In this document: piece by piece, positions 1 through 14,051 of the stretch | Position numbering within the stretch: the first letter of the stretch is position 1 | How the letters are laid out: each line of letters opens with the position of its first letter | Assembly (NCBI GenBank): GCA_050084515.1 | Contig: CM114271.1 | Location: 7,812,001 to 7,876,000 of the forward strand | DNA from: Blasia pusilla | Lineage: Eukaryota | DNA: 64,000 nt | Direction: 5' to 3' | Notes under the pieces: generated by a model | Told to the model about the DNA's origin: nothing | What the model saw: the letters and a program-made list of their open reading frames with translations, nothing else | Databases searched by the model: none | Position numbers and translations under genes: made by a program

Positions 1-573
1 TCATTCATATCTAGTGGTAGTCATGGATACAAAATGGACTCTAAATGCCATTATAATGTACATGATTCAATCAACAATAAAGCAACCCTATCATACATAA
101 ATGACAAACTATAGTTGATTTTGTTACTTGCAGATATATTTTGCATACGCTCTTCAGTTATGTGACAAGATTATAGAATGACATGGAGAAATCATTTTAA
201 TGACTCACAATCTTTCTTTTGTGACGCATGGAGTCATTATTTATTACTCAGAGAGTCATTCCAAGTCATTATTTATGATTAGACGAGTCAGAAAGAAAGA
301 CTCATCCACTCATTCTTTAGGACTCGTCTAGTCATTTTTTATGACTTCATGTAGTCATAAAAAATGACTACGTGAAGTCGTATTTAGTGATTATGTTGAG
401 TAACAAAAATGAGACTCAAATATGACTTCACTCGATTTGAGTGTAAACTTATACGACTAGGAGTAATTTTTTTTACTATAATTTGGTTAAGTAACTATAG
501 AATCTCATAGCCTTAGTTTGAGTAATATCCAATCATTTTTTTGAGTCATCCAGAAGGGGGTTTTATAGTAGTG
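1..573. mobile_element. Right end of a CACTA (En/Spm) DNA transposon: subterminal repeats plus terminal inverted repeat
   Basis: AT-rich stretch with many TGACTC/GAGTCA motifs in both orientations, ending abruptly at TTTTATAGTAGTG (561-573), the reverse complement of CACTACTATAAAA. Confidence 0.7.
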
Positions 574-1274
574 CTTCATACATGCAACGCGTAAGAATCT
601 GAAAATGTTGCAAGAGAGGACAAGAAGAGAAACAAAAGTGAGACATGACTCATTAAGGTCAAGAAAAAAGAAAGGATTGGGATAACATAGATACTGCTTG
701 CAACCTGTTGGAATTTGACAGGTCGCAACATATGACAACTGAAAAATTTCAAGAAACAACTTCACATCCATATGAAAAAATGATATGAAACAGACAAGTT
801 CCATTCACACATGCAACACGTCAGAATCCTACAGATTGCAAGACATTACAACTATCTAAGAGACGTTACCAGATACACCATACAAAAACCATACATGGAA
901 GAGCATAAAATCAAGTTTCAACATGTAAGAATCCGACAGGTTGCAAGTTGCACGTAATATGAAAAAAATACATGGATTCCAAAAACACAACTTTGAGTTT
1001 GTCGCAAAGCGACAAATCCAAAAATGCCTCACCATTCAAAATTAGAGCCAAGGAAGTCTGAGAAATAAGTCTTTTACTGAAATTTATTTGCAACTCATTT
1101 ATTTACATTGGATTTCATGAACTAAAAACTCTAGTCTATGATCTCTTCCACCTTGTCATCTAAACAAATGTTCCTAACTCTCATGGGTTCCTATACAATG
1201 GACTTTGTGAGGCTAATATGTGGCTTCTCTTGACGATAGGAGATGGGGATTAAGAAAGAAGGGGAACAAGAGAG

Positions 1275-2372
1275 TGTCGTGCGCATACACATCGCTACAC
1301 AACATACATCTTTGTTATCGAACATATCCACAAACACGCATGATCCCATGCTAACTCATGGCATCCAAACAATGAGACAAGAAGTACCAAAATATCTCCA
1401 ATTAAATCAATCAAATCTCTCATAACAAGCTCTCCATGGTGTGGAGAGCTCTCACTTCCCAACTTCCTTCAACATACGGCCTCTTCCCATCCAACCTTGA
1501 TACCGGTGTCCGTTTGTGCACAGCCTCCTTGACCTACTTTTGCATGGCCCTTTCGTGTATCACGGTGACTGACCACATGCTTAGGGTACCCAACCTACTC
1601 CCACTACTACAACTCTTGCCCAACTACCTCCGTTCTCCTTTCCTCCCCCCAACACCTCAACCACGATCGTGTGCCTCGATCTTCGTCAAGGCACACGAAC
1701 TAATGCGGTTGAGCTTGACTTTCTTGGCTTAATATAACCCTTAAGGCCCAAGTGTTCCCTATGTGTGGGACATCTGCGTGCTTTTTCCTCGATTGCGTGT
1801 GATTGTGTAAAGCTCCATATGGCTCTTTCCTCCCATAGCTCTCCCTTGCTTCCTTACTTAGCTTGTGGCATCCAACTTTGTGGCACATATGCTCCTATGT
1901 GTGACCTCACAAACCTGCTCATCCTAATTTCTTTCTCATGCCCTAACTCTTGGATCTGCTCTATGGCTACTTTGGCCTAACAATGACTCTACAACCTAGC
2001 CACCCCAACCGCTCGTTATTTGACAACCCCTCGTGACTACAAGACCAAAAGTTCTCTTGTCTCCCCTATTTTTTTACATACTCCCACGAACTCTCGATGC
2101 CCCACTCACTTGCTACACTTGAGCGCTTATGTCTACTAATTTACCAATGCCCTACATTAGTCTAAACCAGAGGAAATATGAGAAAATGAGTAGCACTCTA
2201 GCTCACAGCCTTTTATGCAAAAAATTGACAAAAAAATGCAAATACGTGTCTCTAGGGGCTTCCCACTTAGGCAACTTGTTGGTCCACTTGAACATAAAGA
2301 ATTCCTCCTCATCCCTTGAAGGGGGAAGTGAACAAAGTAAACATGACTAGCTCCACTCTCAAATCTACATTA
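1275..2372 (-). mobile_element. Internally deleted, non-autonomous relative of the DNMT-Gypsy family (A repeat, internal remnant, leader C, part of B)
   Basis: 1275-~1440 matches the A' repeat at 48638 and 49602 (TGTCGTGCGCATACACATCGCT...). ~1965-2330 is the reverse complement of the leader at 46290-46640. ~2331-2372 matches repeat B and is cut by a LINE. Confidence 0.65.
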
Positions 2373-5300
2373 CCAGGTATGTTGGGACGACATGTTCTAA
2401 AGCAATGCTACCCGGCTAGATTGCTACCCGAGCAATATAGCAATACTCTCTATCGAGTTGCCCATTGATGTAGTTGGAACCTGTAGTGAGCTTGCGATGT
2501 CGTTCCCCTGGTTGGTAGATGTGGATTAGTGTGTCCTGTAATCCATGTGACTTGTGGTAGTTGTGCCACAAGTAAGGTGTCTAGTGGACTTAGTTGGAGA
2601 AATGGAGACCTCTCCTTCTTTTGAAGCTAGATTCACGGGCCCTCATATGCAGCTTAATGCAAGGACTGTTCATCTTGGCAGGTAGTGATGATCTCTAGGG
2701 GTAACAAGCGGGCTCTCTTTGGGCACCCTCCCGCTTGGAGGCAGCCCCTCCACACAAATAGGACAGTGAGTCCCTGTCTGGACTCTCGGGTTGGGAGCTT
2801 AAACATTCTCCCCACATCCTAAATCAGTTGTTTGCCAAACCTCTACATATATCAGCAGCCTTGAGCCCAATATATCTCCGTCCTCCCAAGCTTGTGAGAA
2901 GTATCAGTTCACCTATCAAAGGCTCATACCAAAGCTCAACATCCCCAAGCTGGCGGGGAATACCGACATGTTTATGTGAGACGATCAAAGGCCCCTTGCA
3001 ATTTGGATGTGGGCGGAGAGTTCAATCTGGTCTATAGGAGGAGACCACGGTTCCACATGATTATTTTTGGTATACGACCCACAATAGACTTCGTCTCATT
3101 AAAGATCATGTGCGCAGCTTTGGGCTTTGAATTTGTGGCTACTATTGGAGTTACCGGGATGATGAATGGCCGTCAATGTATCTTCAAGGCGTCCATCAAG
3201 GGTAGAGGAGGCCAATACTTGGCTTGCCATAAAAACCAGGTGTCTCAAGAACTGAGACATGCCTACAACTGGAGGGCTATGGTAGTCGCGGGTGGTTCCA
3301 GCTTGAAGGAAAGGCCCATCTCCACCAACCGTTGGTGATCTACACACCTAATATCTTTAGTGCTCTCCAAGGAACCAGCGATGAAGAGCCTGCACATGAA
3401 GAGGTTCCATGTTGTAAGCAGCCACACCTACGCCAAAATTATGCCCGTCGACACCCAACCCACTTAGTGATAGGTCTCCGTTTGGGTACCTGGAACTTCT
3501 ATGGACTGACCCACGCAATGAAGTAGATGGAGGTTGCTGAAGTTTTGCTGAAAAATCAAATACATACATGCGGTGGTCAGGAAACTTGGGAAACCAAGTT
3601 AATGGAGATACCCCATGTACCACACTATGCATGGTTTGGAAAGATGTGCAACACTCAGGCGGACAACAATAGAGGTATGAAGGGTGTCAGGTTCTTCATC
3701 AGAGACTTCATGGTGGAGAAGTGTGAGATCATCAGCACACGTTTCGAGTATGAACACAGCATTTGGGTCAAAGTCTGAGCAGAGTGCAACTCGCGGGATA
3801 TGTATATTGATTGTATTTACATGCCTACAAAGAGTGAATCTGTTGTTGTAACAGAGGCAGATTTTGATAGTGTGAAAATTGATTGCCTTGGGTTCCAGTC
3901 AAAGGGGAACATAGTCTTGGTGGGAGACTTCAATAGCTCGGTGGGCCAAGGCACCAATTCCCAAGCGGAGATCGGGATGTTTGGAGATGTGAGAGTGAAT
4001 GGAAATGGCACATGGTTGATCACGATGTTGGGGGAACTTCAACTGATGGCACTGAATGATAGGCATAAGGTGGGTTCCCCGGTTTGGACTAGGGTCAACT
4101 TCAAGGAGAAAGAAAACTCCATTGTGGACTACATAGTTGTGGATGAGGACTCTACACACGTAGTGGGAAGATCACAGTGGGTGCAACAGACATTGGAAGA
4201 TCAGATCATTTATTGGTTTGGAAAGAGTTGCAGCAAAGGCTAAAATGCTCGACCAAACCAATGAAGAGAGTGATCAAGAAATGGAGGATAGAGGACTTCC
4301 AAGATGAGGGCAACAAGAAGGTGTACATTGGCAAGTTGGAAGAAAATCTCTTGGCATTTGACACTTTCATTGCATCTACTGTCAAGACCTTTGGGTTCAC
4401 TAGAACAACTGTGGACATGGTGCTGGCATGGTGGGAGCGTGGAGTGATAGATGCCGCCAAGATCTGTCGGCAGGAAATTGATAATATGCGGCAGAGCCGT
4501 CAAATGGTGGTCCTTGGAACTCAAGGTAGCCATTGCCAAACGAAGGGAAGCGTTTGTTACAAGTGCCAAAGCCAAGGCCGATGCATCCTTGTGGGCAGAG
4601 TATGTGGCCCAACGCAAGAAAACCCGTCTTCTCGTGCGCAGCACAAGAAGAAAATGAACCAAGCAACATACTCATCCATCAATGAGAATTTCACTGAGAA
4701 TCAGAAAAAGATCTAGATGGAAGTGCAGAAATTGAGCAAGGCTAGGGGAAAAAATGATGTAAAGGCCTTGAAGAGAATAGACGGTGGAATGGTGACCAAG
4801 GCTAAACAGATCCGACATGTGTTGGAAGACCATTACAAGGAGTAAGGCACGAAGCCCGCTCGGACATCCCTTGAAGAGCATAACTTTGAGAGGGTGGTGG
4901 AGGATTTTGCTAAGATACAACGGGAGAAGGTAGATGATGAGGTTGAACTGGGCAACCCATATAACGATTGGTTCTCCCTGGCTGAGGTGGGAGCACCGAT
5001 CAAAGAACTTGTGAATCACAAAGCAAGCGGTGGTGATGAGCTTGTGAATGAGGTGTTGAAGTATGGCGATGCTGCTATGGCTCGTTCTAGTGAGTCTCTT
5101 CAACCTGGTCTGGCGGGCACAAGTCATCCCACAAAGATGGCGGATGGGAGTCATCGTGAACCTCTTCAAGAAAAGTGAGCGAGAAGACCCTGGAAACTAC
5201 AGGGGTATTACATTGCTGAGTGTAGTCGGGAAGCTCCTTTGCCGTATACTCAACAATAGGATCTCTTTGTACCTGGAGGAGAATTCTGTCATCAAGGAAG

Positions 5301-6690
5301 GCCAAGCTTGCTTCCGGCAAGCCCGAGGATGCGTGGATCACATTTTCACGTTTAGTCATATTATCCAAGGTAGGAAAAAAGAGGGGAAACCCACCTATTG
5401 CTTCTTCTTGGACCTCAAGAAGGCATACGACACTGTATGGCGTGACCGGCTATCTTATAGCTTGTGGAAGGCGGGACTGAGAGGGAAAATGTGGAGGGTG
5501 GTGGAGAAGATGTACCAGAACACAAGGAGTAGAGTTCTGGTGAATGGCCAAAAGAGTGGGACATTCGACATCAAGCAAGGAGTGGCTCAAGGATGCCCAC
5601 TCTCCCCCACCCTCTTCAACATTTTCGTGAATTCCCTATTGGAAGAAATGGAGGCAAATGTACTGAAGTGCGGTGTGATGATTTTCAATGGGAAGGAGGA
5701 GGACCAAGACCAACAGTGGTACTAGGGCAAACAAGAGATCCCTCGTGTGAGTACATACATCTATCTGGTCATAGAATTCTCAGAAGATTGCATGTGGGAT
5801 GCACACATTAAGAAGACTACTGACAAAGGCCACAAGAAGGTGAACGGTCTGTCGAGATTCCTACACTGCCGGGATATCACATAAGAATTTAAGCACTCTG
5901 TCATTTTGCATACCGTTTGTTCCTCGCTGAAATACGGGGCAGCAGTGTGAGATGCCAACACCAAACAAAGGGATAGGGTTGAAGCTGTGCAGCTGAAGAT
6001 ATTTCGGGGAATGATGTCAACCTCATCACAAACAGCATGAGTTGGTGTGAGATCAGAACTAGGTGTGGAACCCTTGGAGGATAGACGTGACATTGCCAAG
6101 TTGAAATGGCGGAGGCAGCTGGAGACAATGGACTCCCATCGCTATCCTAAAGAGGTGATGGGGAAAACCTGGACCCAAAGAAGACCCGTAAAGCAGGCCA
6201 AATCTTGGACGAAAAAGGTTCAAGAGATTGTGCAAGCTTCCAAGCTCCCAACAGGGCCTGAACTGTGGGAGCAACTGTATACCATAACCGAAGTAGTGGG
6301 CAAACACTTACAACAAAATAGCATGGAGGAAGCTATGAAAATGTCTGACCTCTCTCTTGTGACGGTATATCCCGAGAAGGCACAACTGAAGAATTGTTTG
6401 CGGGGAACCCCTTGCTTGGGAACCTGACTCAAGTTCAAGTTCAGAATGCGAGCAGTCCCCTTGAACCAGAAGAAAAGCAGGATGGGAACACAACTAAACG
6501 CTTGCGCTGTGTGTGACGATGGGGAAGAAACCTCTAGTCATTACTTGGTCTTTTGCGCAAAATTCACAACTCATAGAGCAAGAGCATATGCTGATATTGC
6601 TTAAGTGGTAGCACCCAAATTGTTCAACACATTCAGAAGCCTTGATTCATTGCCCAAAGCTGCTGCATTGGTAAGTAAGCACTAGCTCTT
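2373..6690 (+). mobile_element. Degenerate LINE (APE endonuclease, RT, C-terminal CCHC)
   Basis: APE motifs VGDFN and SIVDYI (3800-4243). RT motifs NYRGITLLS, FLDLKKAYDTV and [16 protein letters not shown] (5063-5725). CAVC...HYLVFC at ~6500-6560. Many stops and frameshifts. The 5' part is closely similar to 62290-64000. Confidence 0.9.
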
Positions 6691-8646
6691 GTAGGTTTAC
6701 ATTGATATTGTGTGGATGTGACGGTGGTGCAACCAGTATGCTGGTATGTGATGGATATTAGAGAGCGTGGCACATGGCACGTGTGACGCTACCTTTGATC
6801 AGGATTCCTCAAGATGATGGATGTAACCTAGATCTACATAGATTAGGTACCATGGATCTAGATTTGCATTAGTAATATGGTTTACAAGAAAGCGAATATC
6901 GTTGAGTTCACATGGCCTTTTTGCTCTTAACGTCCTAGAGATGTATATCATGGTAGGTAGGGATAGATGGTTATCTGGAGTTAGAGGGATCTAACCACCA
7001 ACTAGGAGGACGATTAGAGATATTTTTGTGCACAATCATCTCGATGTTTAGATACCATGAGTAAGTACAATATCTTGCGTTTACATTATTTTATTTTATG
7101 ACAACGATTTATGTTGTATAGCGATGTATATGCACACGACAACTATCACATCATTTAGAAGGGATTGACAAGTATCTTTAAGGTGTCTTCGATAAGATGA
7201 GGATAACTTTGGGAGGTTGAGGATGACATGCTAAGGCCTAGTGTAGCTAGAGAGAACAAGTTTTTTTGCTTTGATTTGACTCATTTGAAGTCCTATTGAT
7301 AAGTCCTAATATGATCCATCCACTTCCACCTTGAGTCCAAATTATTAGAAACACTTTTCAGAGTGTTTCTGGGAATCCCTCGTAAGTTTGGGCTAAATGA
7401 TGTAAACTATAACTCGGGGCTGCCCATAGCACCGTAGTGCTTTGGGCGTCGTCCTTTGACCACCCTTTGCTTTTTCTTAATGCCTAGTCCCATCCAACTG
7501 GGACGTGGAGAACACCATCAACTTAGTGTCTCGGGCAACTATCTTCACGGAGTTGAGAGACGTAGGGAGTCCTATTGCGAGCCTGATTCGCTTCGTGCAA
7601 GCTTTCTATGGGGCCCCTTCGGCCCTCTATTTTCACCATTGTAGGTTCGAGGAGGTCGTAGTTTTGGAGTCTGCAACTAGGACTCCTCAAGGGGACCCCT
7701 TGGGTGGTGCATTGTTTGGTTTGGCTCATTATCGAGCGGTTCTTTCTACGGTGGAGGCTTTCCCAGGTTGCATTTTCCCTTCCTTAGCAGATGATACTCA
7801 CATTGTTGGCGCTTGAGACCTAGTCGTCCCTGCATTTCAGCACTTTTTTGCATAGTTGGCACGTGTTGGCATCGCGGTGATGGTGGGAAAGTGGTCTCCA
7901 TGATGCCTGACTGTTGATATTCATTTACTCGACGGATTCTTGACACCTGTTGGAGGGCTTCGCGTCTTGGGAGTCCCACTCGGGAACCAGGACTTTGTAT
8001 CAAGTTTTGTGGCGACGACTCTTATCGAGGATCTTCTCCACGTCGTCAAGCTCATGAGGATTGGTGACCCTCAAGCAGCTTATGGCATCTTGTCATCGTG
8101 TTTCGTTCGTAGACCTGATTATCTTTGTAGAAGCATGTGGGCGTCTAGCCATATTTCTTCCTTGCATAGATCCTTTGATAGAAAGATCATGCAGACCTTT
8201 GGGGATCTACTAGGACTTGACTCCTTAGAGTTCCCCGTGGGGGAGGTAGCTCGTAGACAAGCTTCTTGGCTCATTTCCTTTGGCGGAGTAGGTTTTACAG
8301 CGACTGTGTTATAGGCACCTTTGGCGTTTTTAAGGAGTTGGGCCATTGTAGCACCCCTCCTTTGCTTCGGATTTTTGGTTAGGGATAGACCGCTCCTTTT
8401 ACAATACGTTTCCTAGGTTGAGGATGGCCTTTTCCCACTTCAATCTTCACTCACAGCTTGTAGAGACTCCCTTCTAGTTGAGGCTAGAGCAGTTATTCCC
8501 ACTTTCCTTCTCTAGTTACTTCCAGACTATCTGGGCTTCTATCTTCTTTGATGGAAGCCCACTTTGAGGTAGTGTTTAGATGTACTATGTCGGATGGGAA
8601 TATCCCCACGGAGGTTCAGGCTCGTATTCGCTCTTGCTCTGGAAAG
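6690..8646 (+). mobile_element. CRE-like (RLE-type) non-LTR retrotransposon, RT part, degenerate
   Basis: Motifs DVENTINLVSR, QGDPLGGALF, SLADDTHIVG and GLRVLGVPLG (7505-8314). The left boundary is uncertain because a DNMT-Gypsy family fragment lies at ~6980-7300. Interrupted by a Copia at 8647. Confidence 0.75.
6980..7300 (+). mobile_element. Fragment of the A'-NN-B' junction of the DNMT-Gypsy family
   Basis: ...GCGATGTATATGCACACGACA(7141)-AC-TATCACATC(7144)...; both sides align to the reverse complements of A' (48638-48790) and B' (~50040-50228). Confidence 0.7.
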
Positions 8647-8956
8647 TATCGAAGATTGAGTTACAATCAAGCTCATGAGACAACTGAACTGCTACATTTG
8701 GTACTCACACGAAGTAGGGAAGCTTAATCTTGGTTAGTGAGTTAAGCACAATTATCTTAATTAGGGTTAGTTAATCACAGTTAGTCTAACTCGAGACTAT
8801 GGTTAAGGGTAGGGTTAGGGTTGCTTGTACATATCCTATATAATTGAGAAGAGGACCAGCCTCCACTCAATTTCTCTCATTGCAAATTTTGTCTCCATGG
8901 TGGTGTGTATGAGAGAGCCGTTTTCCACCAGTTATGCTTGTTTGCAATTTTCCACA
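8647..8956 (+). repeat. 5' LTR of the Copia element
   Basis: Near-identical to 13689-14051; ends TCCACA directly before the PBS. Confidence 0.9.
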
Positions 8957-8968
8957 TGGTATCAGAGC
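8957..8968 (+). promoter_or_regulatory. Primer binding site (tRNA-iMet)
   Basis: TGGTATCAGAGC directly after the LTR end. Confidence 0.9.
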
Positions 8969-11900
8969 GGGAGGAGAACATCACTTGAAATTCTTGGTTT
9001 TTGAAGAGAGAAGAGGGGCAAGAGAAGGCACAATTTCAGTTTGGAAGAAGGAAATTTTATTCAGAGCTCAATGGGTGTAGATTTTAGGTGGAGCTTTGAA
9101 GGTGATAAAACTTTGGAGGCGTTTTTGAGGGCTTTCTCGGTCAATTCATCCGTTTGGGTCCGCTTTGACTAGAAGAATGCCAGAGGCTCATTCTAGCTGT
9201 CTTGTAGAGCTCGTCGAGAGCTTTCCAAGGCACCAAAAAAATAGATTGATTCTGACATTGTGAGCTCCTGCAATAGCAATTTTAGTGTAGGAAAGTGCAA
9301 TTAGTAAAAAAAAGTTGTGGAATCTTCTCTCTAAAGGCCAATTTTGACTAGTTCTTTCATACAATTGATCAGTTTTGGTAAATTTTAGGTCGATTTCTGT
9401 GTAGGAGTGGTCTATGCTTCAATTGGAGTTGTAGAAAGCCTAAAATTACGTTTTTATGAGTGAGATCATTTATCATGGAGTATTTCTCATCAGCAATCAC
9501 AAGCGAGAAGCTAGATAAGCATAATTATAATGTCTGGAAGCTTCGCATGAGATAATTTCTCATGGTTTAAGAACTATGGGAGCTTGTCACAGTTGATGAG
9601 GCCAAGCTAGAAGCTAACTCAACAGACTTGAATGTTCGCGTTTGGAAAAAATGCGCAAGGCAAGTAATCCACTACATTTCAATAACAATCAGTTCGCCAA
9701 TGATAGGTCACATCCAAGATGTTGATATTCCAAAGGAGGCCTGGGATGCATTGGAAAAGTTGTGCCAGACATCTACACAGGCAAGAAAGCTTCAATTGAA
9801 ACAACAATTGAACGAAGTGAGGAAAGGATCGCAGAGCATCAATGATTATATTTTGAGGATCAAACATATTGTTGATCAGTTGAATAACATTGGAGTGATA
9901 GTAGAAGATGATGATCTAATTTTATTCACTCTCCAAGATCTTCCAAAGGATTACAAGTGCTTTGAGACCTCTATCTCTGTGAGAGAGAAGTATCCAATCT
10001 TTGTTCCTCTGTTGATCAGTGAAGAGATGTGCCTAGTAGGCAGCTATCGCTGCCTAATAGGCGCATCTCTTCACTCATCAATAGAGTATGCGCAGACTAG
10101 GAAGCGATAGCTAGCCTAGTGTGCAAGAGAGTGCGTTATTTGGAAGTTATGGATCAAACAGAGGCATGGGTCGTGGCAGAAACTTCTGAGGTCGTGGTGG
10201 ATATCAAGCATATGGAGGAAGAGGCAGTCAATATAACGTCACTAAATCAACTATGAACGAGTACAAGACCCAATCACAAGGTGATGATGGTGGAAACCGT
10301 TGGGGTTGAGGTCAGCAGCAAAGGGTCCCTGGATCTTGCAATTACTGTGGGATAAAGGGTTACTCTGCAAAGTTTTGCTTCAAGAAAAAGGCAGATATGA
10401 AAATATGAGCCTTACAAAAAAAAAATGTGGAGCAACCTCACCAAGAGCAGTACCAAGAACAACAACATTCATAAACGGAGCATCTCTTGGTCATGACTCA
10501 TCATATGGGAGCAATGGTCAAGAAAGACTCGACATCAGATTGGTACATTGACTCTGGTGCATCAAATCATATGACCTCATAAGCTAAATGGTTAAGTAGT
10601 TTGGAGCCGGTGAAAGATCCTCCAATTGTGCTCACAGGAAATAACACTCAACATCATATCACGCATACCGGTAAAGTTCCAATAGCATTAGATGGTCTTT
10701 GTGCTCTTGGAAATGTTCTCTATGTTCCTACCATTGCAATAAATCTGATCTCTGTAGGACAGATAATAGAACATGGTTATCAAGTGAAGTTTAACGCAGA
10801 TGGTTGTTTCATTGAAACAATAGATGACCAGACTATGATAGCCAAAGGAACTAGATCTGGCAAAATGTTCAAATTAGATGTTTCTATGCGAGAGATTCAA
10901 ACAACAATGTATGGTCAAATCGGCCAACAAGTCACAAATCTAAATGTGTGGCATAAAAGAATTGGACATATGAATCTTCAAAGATTACAGAGTCTTTCAT
11001 CATCTAATATAATAATAGGACTCCCTAAATAAGCAAGTTTTGCTACATTAGAGGTATGTCCTACTTGCCAATTTGGAAAACAATCTAGATTTCCTTTTCC
11101 AAAGCAAGATAGAAGAGCATCCAAGATATTGGAGTTGATCCAGAGTGATGTGTGGACAACATCACAACATAGCCTTAGTGGTTGCCAGTACTTTGTTTTA
11201 TTTATTGATGACTTCTCTAGGTATATATGGGTATACTTTCTAAAAGCCAAGTCACACGTATTCTGAGTGTTCCAAACATTCACAATTCTAGTAGAGAAGC
11301 ATACTCGACAACACATTCTGAAATTGTGTTGTGATGGAGGAGGAGAGTATCTTTCAACACAGTTTGATGACTATTTACGTCAAAATGACATCCAACGTCA
11401 AGTAACTTGCCGTTACACTCCACAACAAAATGGAGTGGCTGAGAGGAAGAATCGACAGATTGCTGAAGCGGCACGAGCTATGCTGAATGAGAAGAACATG
11501 CCTAAGGTGTATTGGGCAGAGGCTGTAGCATGTGCAGTCTTCTTAATCAACTTAACTCCAACAGTAGGAGTTCATGATAAAACTCCATTCAAAGTCTTCA
11601 TAGGAAGTAAACCTGATTTTTCCTTCTTGAAAGTATTTGGCTGTATTTGTTACGCTCATGTTCCTTTTGAAATAAAGACGTCAGAAATTAGACCCCAAGT
11701 CTGAAAGATGTATCTTCATTGGTTATGTTGATGGAACTAAGGGGTATAAGTGCTACATTCCATCCTCTCGGCATCTTATTATTAGTCCGGATGTTGTCTT
11801 TGATGAGCTCAAGTCATGATATGCTCCATCTGAGCCTATTCCACCTCTAAACTTGTCTATTGAAGGGGAGAATATGACTATAAACCAATAGACATTGTCT

Positions 11901-13688
11901 ACAACTTCCCCAAGTACTAGTGCAGGATTAAGAGAGGTCCTAGATTCATCACTTAAATCTATGATTCCATGGACGGGAAAAGTACATATTTAGTCTGTTG
12001 ACATTAGTCAAAGCTCGAGTCAGGTGTCAGAGGCATCTACCTCTGAATAATAACTTCGTAGATCAAGTAGAGTTACACATCCAATTCATAGATTCATAAA
12101 TGAAGGTTTCCTTGTGACATATCATGCATATATGATGACTAACCTTCAAGAGTAGGAGCCGAGTTGTTTTGAAGAAGCTGCAAGTAAATACGAATGGATT
12201 GAAGCTATGAAGGAAGAGCTTCCTGCATTAAGACACCAACAAACATAGGAGCTAGTTGATATACCTTCCGGTAAGGAAGCTATTGGTTGCAAATGGGTTT
12301 ACAAAATCAAGCGCAATCAAGATGGTACAATTAACAGATACAAAGTGAGATTGGTGGCTAAGGATTATGCACAATAATATGGTATCGATTATGAAACATT
12401 TAGCCTTGTTGCAAAGATGGCGACTACGAGAATAGTGGTTGCAGTTGTTGGAAGTAAGAAGTGGAGATTACATCATATGGACGTCAAGAATGCCTTCTTG
12501 AATGGATATCTATACGAGGAGGTATAGGTAACTCAGCCACTTGGATACGAGCATCCCTAGTTTCCATTTCGCGTATGTAGGTTGAAGAAAGCGCTATACG
12601 GGCTCAAACAAGCTCCAAGAGCTTGGTATGGCAAGATTACATACGTCATACAAGAGTTGGAGATAAGGGTATGTGATTCTGACTCGTCGTTATATATCTT
12701 GAGAGGACAAGATCATACAGTTCTCATTGTGTTGTATGTTGATGATCTCTTGATTACTGGGAGTACTGAAGAAATGGTACAATAAGTCAAGCTTAAGTTA
12801 CAATCAGAATTTGATATGAAGGATTTGGGAGAACTCAAGTACTTCCTTGGTACTGAGTTTATCAAGGTTGGAGAGAGCATGTGGTTATTACAACGACAAT
12901 ATGCTCTTCATATGCTTTCAAAATATGGTATGACGGCTTGTAAGCCAATCTCTACACCGTGGGACCAGAGCGTGAAGCTAAGAGTGGATGAAGGAGAGTT
13001 GCTTGCAGATTCTAAAATGTATAGGTGCATGGTTGGAAGTTTGATCTATCAAACTATAACCAGACCAGATTTGAGCTATGCTGTTGGCTTAATGAGCCAT
13101 TTTATGCAAGCACCTCGAAAACCTCACCATGATGCTCTGAGGAGGATTATGCGGTATGTGAAATTCTCTATTCAATCCGGGCTTCAATATGAACCTTCTC
13201 CGAGTTTTCAATTACAGGGATTCACAGATGCTGATTGGGCAGGAAGCGTGTCTGATCGACACTCCACATCTGGTTATTCATTTACTTTGGAAAGCGCAGC
13301 TATAAGTTGGGCTTCAAAGAAGCAACCTTCTGTTGCTTTATCTTCAACTGAGGCTGAGTACAGAGGAGCAGCCAATGCAACATATGAGGCGATGTGGTTT
13401 CATCGATTACTTGTTGAGATTGATGTTAGTAACTTAGAATCTAGTGTAATATATGCAGACAATATTAGTAGCATCAAGCTTGCTAATAACCTTGTGTTTC
13501 ATGGTGCACGTTGAGGTGCACTATCATTTTATTAGAGAGAAAGTGCTTGCAGGAGAAATTGATCTTGTGTATATAGGTACAGATCAGCAAATTGCTGACA
13601 TCTTTACAAATGCATTGTCTAGAGATAAGTCTGAGATGTTTAGAAAGGGTTTAGACGTTAGAGATATCGATATGAGTTTGAGGGGGAG

Positions 13689-13948
13689 TATTGAAGATTG
13701 AGTTACAATCAAGCTCAGGAGACACCTGAATTGCTACATTTGGTACTCACACGAAGTAGGGAAGCTTAATCTTGGTTAGTGAGTTAAGCACGATTATCTT
13801 AACTAGGGTTAGTTAATCACAGTTAGTCTAACTCGAGACTATGGTTAAGGGTAGGGTTAGGGTTGCTTGTACATATCCTGTATAATTGAGAAGAGGACCA
13901 GCCTCCACTCAATTTCTCTCATTGCAAATTTCGTTCTCCATGGTGTGG

Positions 13949-14029
<81 letters not shown>

Positions 14030-14051
14030 GTTTTCCACTTGTTATGCTTGT
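13689..14051 (+). repeat. 3' LTR of the Copia element, with expanded (GT)n(GA)n microsatellite at 13943-14027
   Basis: Follows the PPT; matches the 5' LTR except for the expanded microsatellite and about 16 missing terminal bases. Confidence 0.9.

Larger units (their letters stand above)
8647..14051 (+). mobile_element. Near full-length but degenerate Ty1/Copia LTR retrotransposon
   Basis: 5' LTR 8647-8956, PBS TGGTATCAGAGC 8957-8968, gag (9628-10110), protease WYIDSGASNHMT (~10540), WHKRIGH, integrase PQQNGVAERKNR, RT YVDDLL, RNase H FTDADWAG, PPT GAGGGGGAG 13680-13688, 3' LTR 13689-~14051 (end truncated). Confidence 0.95.

Noticed and set aside
574-1100. Recurring TTGCAA/GTCGCAA motifs suggesting another DNA transposon end
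   Set aside because: No terminal inverted repeat or TSD could be defined.
6739-7431. Possible solo LTR (TGCT...AGCA, flanks CAGTA/CCGTA)
   Set aside because: The terminal repeat is only 4 bp and the interval contains the A'-NN-B' junction of another family, so the boundaries may be coincidental.
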